A DNA stretch of 37,235 bases from Candidatus Woesearchaeota archaeon (GTDB lineage: Archaea > Nanobdellota > Nanobdellia > SCGC-AAA011-G17 > JAGVZH01), in the NCBI GenBank assembly GCA_018302745.1, contig JAGVZH010000014.1, positions 1-37,235 on the forward strand. Direction: 5' to 3'. The notes beneath the pieces were generated by a model. That model did not search any database. It worked only from the letters and a program-made list of their open reading frames with translations, and had not been told where the DNA came from. The position numbers and the translations under genes were made by a program. How positions within the stretch are numbered: the first letter of the stretch is position 1; every line of letters starts with the position of its first letter. Below, piece by piece: positions 1 through 6,565 of this stretch.

Positions 1-335
1 AGCAACTGTAAATTCCCTATATTTATTGTTACGCCTGGCTCTGAGACTAAAGCTTTAGTTTCTATGTTCCATATTATACTGTCATTTATTTCATTAATTG
101 CCATTCTTCCTCTTCCAATTTCCATAGAAAAAACCCTCTGGCTTCCTGCACCTTCTCCAATGATAGTTCTTATTACTTTGTCCAATTCCAGCATAACTTG
201 CCTTGTCTGGGTGATTGTGTTTTCATCCTTAGCTTTATTTATCAAAGGAGTGCTTGCTGCCAATATTATTCCAAGTACAACAATGCTTATTCCGATGTAC
301 AAGACAGCAGATATCCAAATTTCTCCTTTTTTCAT
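1..335 (-). CDS. Prepilin-like (class III signal peptide) protein; 3' end lies beyond the window edge
   Basis: My own minus-strand translation from the ATG at 335-333 reads MKKGEIWISAVLYIGISIVVLGIILAASTPLINKAKDENTITQ... The frame stays open to position 1, so it is absent from the ORF track. It has a short basic N-terminus, a Gly, then a ~22-residue hydrophobic helix. It lies 15 nt downstream of four similar genes on the same strand. The + strand ORF 64..354 is its antisense shadow. Confidence 0.55.
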   Translation of the reverse strand, partial: MKKGEIWISAVLYIGISIVVLGIILAASTPLINKAKDENTITQTRQVMLELDKVIRTIIGEGAGSQRVFSMEIGRGRMAINEINDSIIWNIETKALVSEPGVTINIGNLQL

Positions 336-350
336 ATTAAAAAATAAAAA

Positions 351-839
351 TTAGGGTGCTGGCGCACACTCCTTAAGTTCAATTTCTTCACTAATATCGC
401 CACATATAACTTCCTGCCCTTCATCTGAAAATGTCGGCCTTAATAATTCCAGTTTAGTTGCTACACTCCCTACACTTTGAGAATCAAATTCCTGTGTGTA
501 GGATTTTATTCCTAAAGCAACCAAACCCAATTCTAATTCTCTGACATCAATCTGATCATCTTCCAATCCTGTAAATCTCAAACTTACCTTATTTATTGTT
601 GCTTCACCTTTATTTTCTAATGTGAAAGTAACGCTGTTTCCCTGATAACATGCTTTTTTTATTTCAAAAGATACCAGATTACTTTGAAGACAGGCCAATT
701 GGCTTTGCGCTTTTTCCCCAGTCTCTTCTGTCAGGCTTTGGGTAAATGCCTTCCCCCATGTAAAGATTACTAAAGCCAATGCAATAGTAAATCCAATAAC
801 TAATACTGTTGCAATCAACGGGCTTATTCCTTTTTTCAT
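351..839 (-). CDS. Archaeal type IV pilin-like protein (Pilin_N / class III signal peptide)
   Basis: 162 aa. The N-terminus MKKGISPLIATVLVIGFTIALALVIF matches the archaeal pilin N-terminal domain pattern (KKG|ISPLIA...). GGAGG (plus-strand cctcc, 845-849) lies 5 nt upstream of the ATG. Four Cys in a 2+2 pattern are shared with the two upstream paralogs. Confidence 0.75.
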   Translation of the reverse strand: MKKGISPLIATVLVIGFTIALALVIFTWGKAFTQSLTEETGEKAQSQLACLQSNLVSFEIKKACYQGNSVTFTLENKGEATINKVSLRFTGLEDDQIDVRELELGLVALGIKSYTQEFDSQSVGSVATKLELLRPTFSDEGQEVICGDISEEIELKECAPAP

Positions 840-849
840 TTTATCCTCC

Positions 850-1314
850 TTAACAGCCTTGAGTTATAAAAACCTCAACAGCTTTTTCCTGGCACAAGCT
901 TATCTTGCCATTAATGCTTAATTTTGGAACTATAAATGCGCTTACTGGAACAGCCAATGTCTGTGTCTGCACATCAACACTTCCAACTTCAAGTCCTTTT
1001 ATTAACTGATTAACATCTGTAACTTCTGACTGGTCTCCTGCATCATTCTCCAGTCTTATTACAAATCCTCTGACATCATTGCCTTTTCTGTTTTCTATAA
1101 TGAAATGCACTCCAGAGCTGTCAACGCATGCTTTTTCAATTCCAAGCTCTACTGCAGTAGAGCATACAACTTCTGCTTCCACAATCTCTCCTGTTTTCCC
1201 TACCCTTTCTTCTGTGAAAGTCTGAACCCAGACAAAAATTATAACAGCTAATGCAATAGTAAACCCAATTAAAAGAACAGTAGCAATCAACGGGCTTATA
1301 CCTCTTTTTTTCAT
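850..1314 (-). CDS. Archaeal type IV pilin-like protein (paralog)
   Basis: The ORF track gives 850..1335. I prefer the internal ATG at 1314-1312 (MKKRGISPLIATVLLIGFTIALAVIIF...). It reproduces the paralog N-terminus and overlaps the upstream stop as TGATG. The MVCRRML extension has no counterpart in the paralogs. Confidence 0.75.
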   Translation of the reverse strand: MKKRGISPLIATVLLIGFTIALAVIIFVWVQTFTEERVGKTGEIVEAEVVCSTAVELGIEKACVDSSGVHFIIENRKGNDVRGFVIRLENDAGDQSEVTDVNQLIKGLEVGSVDVQTQTLAVPVSAFIVPKLSINGKISLCQEKAVEVFITQGC

Positions 1315-1784
1315 CAACATCCTCCGACAAACCATTGAGTTTCTTCCTGGCTCAACTCTGCTTTTTTATCAGCACATCCAGTTTCTTCCCTTATAGGAAC
1401 TGCCTGAAGTTTTATTATTGCTTTGTTCTCTATAGGAACAACAGCTTCTATATTATTATCAGGCAAGAGATTATTATTAAAACTTACTATTTCATTTCCT
1501 AAAGTATTATCGCTGTAAAATATTCTTACTTGAATTTTATTTATTGCCAAAAATCCTCTATTGTTTATTTTTAATTTTATATTCCTGCTTGCCTTATTGC
1601 ATTCTAATGGCTCTGCATTAATAATAATCTTATCGCAGGTAGATCCTCCTTCTACATACTCAATTAAGCTTTCTTTAGTTGTTTCTGCACTTTCTTTTAA
1701 AAAATTTCCAACAATCAAAGCCAAGCTGACTGTTAGGCCTATAATAAGAATCCATGCTATTAATGGAGAAACACCTTTCTTCAT
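1314..1784 (-). CDS. Archaeal type IV pilin-like protein (paralog)
   Basis: 156 aa. The N-terminus is MKKGVSPLIAWILIIGLTVSLALIV. It shows the same Cys pattern (C..C early, C..C at the C-terminus). It overlaps the upstream gene by ATGA (1781-1784). Confidence 0.75.
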   Translation of the reverse strand: MKKGVSPLIAWILIIGLTVSLALIVGNFLKESAETTKESLIEYVEGGSTCDKIIINAEPLECNKASRNIKLKINNRGFLAINKIQVRIFYSDNTLGNEIVSFNNNLLPDNNIEAVVPIENKAIIKLQAVPIREETGCADKKAELSQEETQWFVGGC

Positions 1785-2299
1785 GCTGCACCATCTTTCT
1801 TATCTCTTGTCTGGAATACTTGAATTTGATCTCCTTCTGTCCTTCTTGCAACAGCATTCAGTTCAACTGTATCTCCGACAATGAAATAATATTGGGCGCC
1901 ATCTACATCTAGAATAATTTGGTCTCCTTGCTTAGCATTAACCTCTCCCTTAAATTTCTCTTTAAGAACTTGGTCGAACAAATCAGGAAATTCAGTCTGT
2001 ATCTGCCTGTAAGTGTAACCCTGCCCTATCTTAGCTCCTCCTAATTCTATAGTCCCTAATTCATATTCTGCTTCTGGGCTTGTCATTGCCTGGCTTAATA
2101 TATCGGAGATATTTTCCCTTTTAGCGCCAATTAAGGAATTTATCAGCTTGTTAGACTCAATAACATAATTCTCTCCTATAGCCTGTATATCAGTAGTAAG
2201 CTCCTCCTGAATAAAAATATTTGTCCTGGAAACAACCAAGAATACGACGATGCCAATGATTAATGCAACTAGAATATAAATCTGCCCTCTTTTTTTCAT
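1781..2299 (-). CDS. Prepilin-like / N-terminally anchored protein; first gene of the pilin cluster
   Basis: 172 aa. MKKRGQIYILVALIIGIVVFLVV has a basic stretch, Gly, Gln at +1, then a hydrophobic helix, resembling EppA/DUF361-type archaeal prepilins. It overlaps the next gene by 4 nt. Confidence 0.55.
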   Translation of the reverse strand: MKKRGQIYILVALIIGIVVFLVVSRTNIFIQEELTTDIQAIGENYVIESNKLINSLIGAKRENISDILSQAMTSPEAEYELGTIELGGAKIGQGYTYRQIQTEFPDLFDQVLKEKFKGEVNAKQGDQIILDVDGAQYYFIVGDTVELNAVARRTEGDQIQVFQTRDKKDGAA

Positions 2300-2321
2300 A
2301 GCAAAAAAGTTGTTTTATTGA

Positions 2322-2330
2322 TTTATATAT
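2322..2330 (-). promoter_or_regulatory. TATA-like box upstream of the pilin cluster
   Basis: Plus-strand tttatatat reads atatataaa on the minus strand. It lies 23-31 nt upstream of the ATG at 2299. That spacing fits an archaeal promoter with a very short or absent leader. Confidence 0.4.
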
Positions 2331-2334
2331 GTTT

Positions 2335-2811
2335 TTATCCGAAATACTCTTTCTCTCCAGGCATTTTTTCTTCTTTTTTCCAGCTGTCTTTCATTATTTT
2401 TAAGAACTTAAGAAGATCATTTTTTAATGACTGCCATTCCTTAAATACCTCTTTTATAAAATCAGCGTCCTTGCCCTCATCTTCCTCAACATCCAGTAAT
2501 ATGTAGCTCCTGTCTATAAACATCAGCCTTTTAAGGATATTTGTGCATTCATCCATATCATACTCTGAAAAAAACTTGCTTTCATACAAACTTGCCATAT
2601 TAGCGCTATTTGGATATAAAATACTTTCAAGGATCTTGATGAAAAAATCAACTTTGTCGTAAATCCTGCCTCTTATTCTTCTCAGAAGAAAACCATCATG
2701 CTCAATTTCTGCTATATCGAATTCCCTGTCCAAATCTTTAAAACTAGGAAGATTGTATCTCTTCTTTAATACTTCATATTCCTTTTTTAAGTCAAAATCT
2801 TCGTCTTGCAT
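2335..2811 (-). CDS. Hypothetical protein (acidic, helical)
   Basis: 158-aa ORF with composition matching its neighbours. I recognise no motif. Confidence 0.5.
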   Translation of the reverse strand: MQDEDFDLKKEYEVLKKRYNLPSFKDLDREFDIAEIEHDGFLLRRIRGRIYDKVDFFIKILESILYPNSANMASLYESKFFSEYDMDECTNILKRLMFIDRSYILLDVEEDEGKDADFIKEVFKEWQSLKNDLLKFLKIMKDSWKKEEKMPGEKEYFG

Positions 2812-2865
2812 TTTTTATTTGTTAAGAATCAAATTTATATGTTTTGTGGTATGGACAATTGGTTA

Positions 2866-3222
2866 TTATTCAAGCATTTTAAGAGCAAATTCTCCAATTC
2901 TGTCTATAGCATATGTTCTTTTTATTATTGCATCATAAGATCTCATGACCATCCTTGCATATGAAAATGCATTTCCATGGATTTTCTCTAAAGATGCTGC
3001 CTGATTCAACACATCATATGCCATTTTATACATCCTGCTTTCCCGTCTTGCAAAAAGTGCTCCTTTTTTCTCATACTCTTCTGCAGTCTTTTCAAAAGTT
3101 TCTCCTGCTCTTAAGAGTAAATTAATAGCAGTCCTAAATTCATTTTTAGATTCAGCAATATCTGCTTCTTTTTTAAAATTATCTGCTCTCTCTAAAAGTT
3201 CATCCAAATTTTCATTTGCCAT
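2866..3222 (-). CDS. Hypothetical helical protein
   Basis: 118-aa ORF with heptad-like, Ala/Glu/Lys-rich helices. It faintly resembles a MIT-like three-helix bundle, but I cannot support that. Confidence 0.45.
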   Translation of the reverse strand: MANENLDELLERADNFKKEADIAESKNEFRTAINLLLRAGETFEKTAEEYEKKGALFARRESRMYKMAYDVLNQAASLEKIHGNAFSYARMVMRSYDAIIKRTYAIDRIGEFALKMLE

Positions 3223-3271
3223 AATTTAACAAAGGAATTTTAGATTATAAGTTTTTGGTTTAAAAAAATTA

Positions 3272-3357
3272 AGCCCCTGGTGAGAATTGAACTCACGACC
3301 TTTACCTCTTTAGATATATTACCAAGGTAATGCTCTAACCAACTGAGCTACAGGAGC
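3272..3357 (-). tRNA. tRNA-Thr (anticodon GGU) with a 12-nt intron at 37/38
   Basis: The minus strand folds by hand as: GCTCCTG TA GCTC AGTTGGTTA GAGC A TTACC TTGGTA [ATATATCTAAAG] A GGTAA AGGTC GTGAG TTCAATT CTCAC CAGGGGC T. Acceptor, D, anticodon and T stems all pair. Intron CTAA pairs with loop positions 32-35 (UUGG), leaving a 3-nt bulge at the 3' splice site. Confidence 0.85.
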
Positions 3358-3371
3358 GTATGAAAATAAAA

Positions 3372-3457
3372 TGTGGAGGACAGGATTTGAACCTGCGAAC
3401 GGACTAACCGACAGGATCTTAAGTCCTGCGCATTTGACCAGGCTTTGCTACCTCCAC
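3372..3457 (-). tRNA. tRNA-Leu (anticodon UAA), class II
   Basis: The minus strand folds as: GTGGAGG TA GCA AAGCCTGGTCAAA TGC G CAGGA CTTAAGA TCCTG TCGGTTAGTCCGTTC GCAGG TTCAAAT CCTGT CCTCCAC A. It has a long variable arm and discriminator A. It lies 14 nt upstream of tRNA-Thr(GGU), so the two are probably co-transcribed. Confidence 0.9.
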
Positions 3458-3482
3458 ATTAAAACAGTCTTTGTAATAAATA

Positions 3483-3492
3483 TTTTATAAAG
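3483..3492 (-). promoter_or_regulatory. TATA box for the tRNA-Leu/tRNA-Thr pair
   Basis: The minus strand reads ctttataaaa, 26-35 nt upstream of the tRNA-Leu 5' end (3457). Confidence 0.45.
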
Positions 3493-3536
3493 CTTTGCTT
3501 CATAAATTTTAAATACCCAATAATTTTAATCTCTAT

Positions 3537-3902
3537 ATGAAAACCCTATCATTAAAGCAGCCATACGCAGAGCTAATACTGCAGGGCAAAAAGAGAATAG
3601 AATTAAGAAAGTGGAATACTAAATTCAGAGGGGATTTTCTGATACATGCTTCAAAAAATCCATATAAAGATGCTATGAAGAAATTTAATTTTACTGATCT
3701 GCTATTAGGGTGCATTGTCGGCAAAGCTACCTTAACGGATGTAAAAAAATACAAAAGTGAGAAAGAGCATAAAAATGACAGAAATCTGCATCTGTCTTCA
3801 AGCAAATTCGGAAATTACGGCTTTGTTCTCAAAAATGCAAGAAGAATAAAAAATATCCCATGCAAAGGCAGTCTTGGATTCTGGAACTTCAAAAAGAAAT
3901 AA
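3537..3902 (+). CDS. ASCH (PUA-like) domain protein
   Basis: 121 aa. The N-terminus LSLKQPYAELILQGKKRIELRKWNTKFRGDFLIHAS matches the ASCH pattern (L.IKQPWA..I..G.K..E.R.W....RG...IH). Confidence 0.7.
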   Translation: MKTLSLKQPYAELILQGKKRIELRKWNTKFRGDFLIHASKNPYKDAMKKFNFTDLLLGCIVGKATLTDVKKYKSEKEHKNDRNLHLSSSKFGNYGFVLKNARRIKNIPCKGSLGFWNFKKK

Positions 3903-3918
3903 TTAAATATGAAGAGGA

Positions 3919-4290
3919 TTAGAGTTTTTTATAAAGAAGAATTTTTGTTACTAAATCATTGTTGTCAAATGCTTCATCCAGCCTTCCTCTTCCAGTGGTA
4001 TCTGCAATTTCTTGTAGTTGAAATATAGAATCTTTTCCTACACCTTTATTAATTGCGTCCTCTATGCTTCTTTGCGTTAGCTTAAAGCCTTCTTTTCTAA
4101 GTAGTTGATACCAATCATATTTTATTCTATAAACAGGATTATTCACTTTCTCAAGAATATTTCCAGCAGGATAATTAGGCCTAATACGTGTGCCAAAAGA
4201 TCTGTCTCTATAATCACCAATACCTACTTTAAAATTAGGATTTATTTTATAAGTTGACGTTCTCCCTGAAATTATTCCTATAGTTACCAT
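3919..4290 (-). CDS. Hypothetical protein
   Basis: 123-aa ORF with no recognisable motif. Confidence 0.4.
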   Translation of the reverse strand: MVTIGIISGRTSTYKINPNFKVGIGDYRDRSFGTRIRPNYPAGNILEKVNNPVYRIKYDWYQLLRKEGFKLTQRSIEDAINKGVGKDSIFQLQEIADTTGRGRLDEAFDNNDLVTKILLYKKL

Positions 4291-4348
4291 TTTTCATCAC
4301 TGCAAAAACTAATTTTCTATAAATTAATCCTTTAAAAAGTTTTCTTTA

Positions 4349-4420
4349 AGCCCCAAGCAGGACTTGAACCTGCAATCTCCACTTTACGAAAGTGGTGCAT
4401 TGCCATTATGCTACTGGAGC
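4349..4420 (-). tRNA. tRNA-Thr (anticodon CGU)
   Basis: The minus strand folds as: GCTCCAG TA GCAT AATGGCA ATGC A CCACT TTCGTAA AGTGG AGATT GCAGG TTCAAGT CCTGC TTGGGGC T. All four stems pair, allowing G-U. Confidence 0.88.
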
Positions 4421-4429
4421 ACAAAAGAA

Positions 4430-4579
4430 TCAGCTTAATCTTTCCTTTAAATCTTTATACTTTTTCTGGCAAGCCATGCATACAGCCTTAGGTTTTCCGT
4501 CAACCTTAACATAAGTTCCTTTTATTTTATTCAAAAAAGTTTCTTCTATCTTCTCTTTACATGCATCGCACTTAACCAT
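4430..4579 (-). CDS. Small zinc-ribbon protein (49 aa)
   Basis: My own translation is MVKCDACKEKIEETFLNKIKGTYVKVDGKPKAVCMACQKKYKDLKERLS. It has CxxC...CxxC. It is below the ORF-track length cutoff. Confidence 0.5.
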   Translation of the reverse strand: MVKCDACKEKIEETFLNKIKGTYVKVDGKPKAVCMACQKKYKDLKERLS

Positions 4580-4627
4580 AAAAAATTTAGAAAAAGCTAT
4601 CTATATAAAACTTTACTCTAATGCTGT

Positions 4628-4732
4628 TTATTCCAGGCTTTCGTAATTGCCGCACTCTCTGCAGTAGACTCTTGTTTCATTAACTAAGATTTCTCTGCTT
4701 CCGCATTCGATACACAATTGCTTATCAGCCAT
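4628..4732 (-). CDS. Small zinc-ribbon protein (34 aa)
   Basis: My own translation is MADKQLCIECGSREILVNETRVYCRECGNYESLE. It has CxxC...CxxC. Confidence 0.45.
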   Translation of the reverse strand: MADKQLCIECGSREILVNETRVYCRECGNYESLE

Positions 4733-4874
4733 AACCAACCCCATTTCCATTTTTTTCTAAGCACCTCCTTATTATACCTAAGTGTTGTATTTTAGTTAAT
4801 CATTACTGACAAAAAAAGTACAACACTCTGACATCTCTAGAAAGTCTTAAATATCAATAAATAACTATAGGAAG

Positions 4875-5726
4875 ATGGTTCTCAAAAATGATACTACACA
4901 AAAAATAAAAAGATTTGTATATGAGCAGCCAAGAACAGTCCAGGAAATTTCTAATTTCATAAAGAAAAACTGGAGAACAGCAGACAGGTATGTTGAGCAG
5001 ATAAGCAGGGAAGATGGTTCAATTTTAACCAAAACGTTCAGGGGTGGAACTAGAGGTGCTTTAAAAATTGTTTTTTGGAATAATTCTGAAAAAGTATACT
5101 CATCAAGATTTCAGGAAAAACTTTTAGAGAGAATATTAAATTCCAGAAACAAAGAGGATTTTTCTCCGTTTGACATTTATCAGTATGTCGAAGATAAAAA
5201 AAGAAATGCTTTTGCAGAAAAACAGGAATATGAAGCAAAAAAAGTAAGGCAGGATTTATTCAATCTATTCAGGGATGCAAAAAAACAGATTTTTATTTTT
5301 TCTGGTAATCTATCATGGGCAAATTTAAAGCAGAACAAAGAAACAATAGCTGATGTGCTTGAGGAGCTGGCAAAGAAAAAAATAGATATAAATATATTAA
5401 CAAATGTTGATGCAACTAGCTTGGAAAATACAGAGAAGGTTTTGGCAATAAATGAAAGGATAGGCAGGGAAGCTATAAAAGTAAGGCATGCCCAGCAGCC
5501 TTTAAGGGCATTTATAGTTGATGATAAATTAGCAAGATTTAAAGAAGTAAAAAATCCTGAATTAAACAGAAAGGGGGAGATGAAAAAAACTACCTTTATA
5601 TTCTATGAAATATTTGACAAAGAATGGATTTTATGGCTGCAGAAAGTTTTCTGGCATATATTTCATCCAGCAATATTAGCAGAAAAAAGGCTGGATGATT
5701 TAAGATCCATCCACAGATTAAAATGA
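4875..5726 (+). CDS. Putative transcriptional regulator (N-terminal winged-helix plus TrmB-C/PLD-like C-terminal region)
   Basis: 283 aa. The N-terminal segment RTVQEISNFIKKNWRTADRYVEQI is wHTH-like. The C-terminal half resembles the effector domain of TrmB-type proteins. A TATA-like ttaaatat lies 23-30 nt upstream. Confidence 0.4.
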   Translation: MVLKNDTTQKIKRFVYEQPRTVQEISNFIKKNWRTADRYVEQISREDGSILTKTFRGGTRGALKIVFWNNSEKVYSSRFQEKLLERILNSRNKEDFSPFDIYQYVEDKKRNAFAEKQEYEAKKVRQDLFNLFRDAKKQIFIFSGNLSWANLKQNKETIADVLEELAKKKIDINILTNVDATSLENTEKVLAINERIGREAIKVRHAQQPLRAFIVDDKLARFKEVKNPELNRKGEMKKTTFIFYEIFDKEWILWLQKVFWHIFHPAILAEKRLDDLRSIHRLK

Positions 5727-6565
5727 GAATTGGCGGACAAGCAGTAATTGAAGGAGTATTAATGCGCTCTACAAATTATACTGCAATAGCTACAGCAAAA
5801 AACAATAAAATAAAAGTAAAGATAACCAAGAATAATCCTTTCATTAAAAAATATGAAAAGACCCTTTTTATCAGAGGCATAGTCTACTTAATTGATATGC
5901 TTGTTGTAGGAATCAGGGCATTAAGCTATTCAACAAAAGAATTTACTGGAGAAGAGGAAAAAATTTCAGACTGGGGTATTTTTTTGAGTATTCTGCTTGC
6001 ATTTCTTTTTTCTATAGGATTGTTCATAATAGCGCCTTTTTATCTTGCAAAATTATTTCTGCCAAACGGATTTTTATTCAATTTAATAGATGGCTTGTTC
6101 AGAATAGTAATTTTTATTATTTATATAGTGGTAATAGGCAAATTTGCAGATATAAAAAGAGTTTTCCAGTATCATGGAGCAGAGCACAAAACAATAGCTT
6201 GTTATGAGAATAAAAAATCCTTGAATTTAAAAAATATAAAAAAATTTTCTACATTACACCCAAGATGCGGAACAAGCTTCTTGATTATAGTCTTGATATT
6301 AAGCATACTGATTTTCTCATTTATTTTATCAGAATCTACCTTAATAAAAATAAGCTCCAGAATAATCTTAATTCCTGTAATTGCTTCATTGTCTTATGAG
6401 GTTTTGAGGATAGCAGACAAGTATAAAAATTTCTTTTTGTTTAAAATTTTGATTTATCCTGGATTATTATTGCAGAAGATAACCACAAAAGAGCCTGACA
6501 ACAGCCAGATAAAAGTAGCCTTAAAATCTCTTGATGTCTTGCTAAAAAAAGAGAAGAATGGGTAA
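5723..6565 (+). CDS. DUF1385 (YqhQ-like) membrane protein
   Basis: 280 aa. The hallmarks GGQAVIEGVLMR, YHGAEHK and HPRCGTSF are present. It overlaps the upstream gene by ATGA. Confidence 0.75.
   Translation: MRIGGQAVIEGVLMRSTNYTAIATAKNNKIKVKITKNNPFIKKYEKTLFIRGIVYLIDMLVVGIRALSYSTKEFTGEEEKISDWGIFLSILLAFLFSIGLFIIAPFYLAKLFLPNGFLFNLIDGLFRIVIFIIYIVVIGKFADIKRVFQYHGAEHKTIACYENKKSLNLKNIKKFSTLHPRCGTSFLIIVLILSILIFSFILSESTLIKISSRIILIPVIASLSYEVLRIADKYKNFFLFKILIYPGLLLQKITTKEPDNSQIKVALKSLDVLLKKEKNG

Noticed and set aside
1315-1335. The upstream ATG at 1335, giving an MVCRRML extension to the second pilin.
   Set aside because: It would bury the class III signal peptide, overlaps the preceding gene by 22 nt, and has no equivalent in the paralogs.
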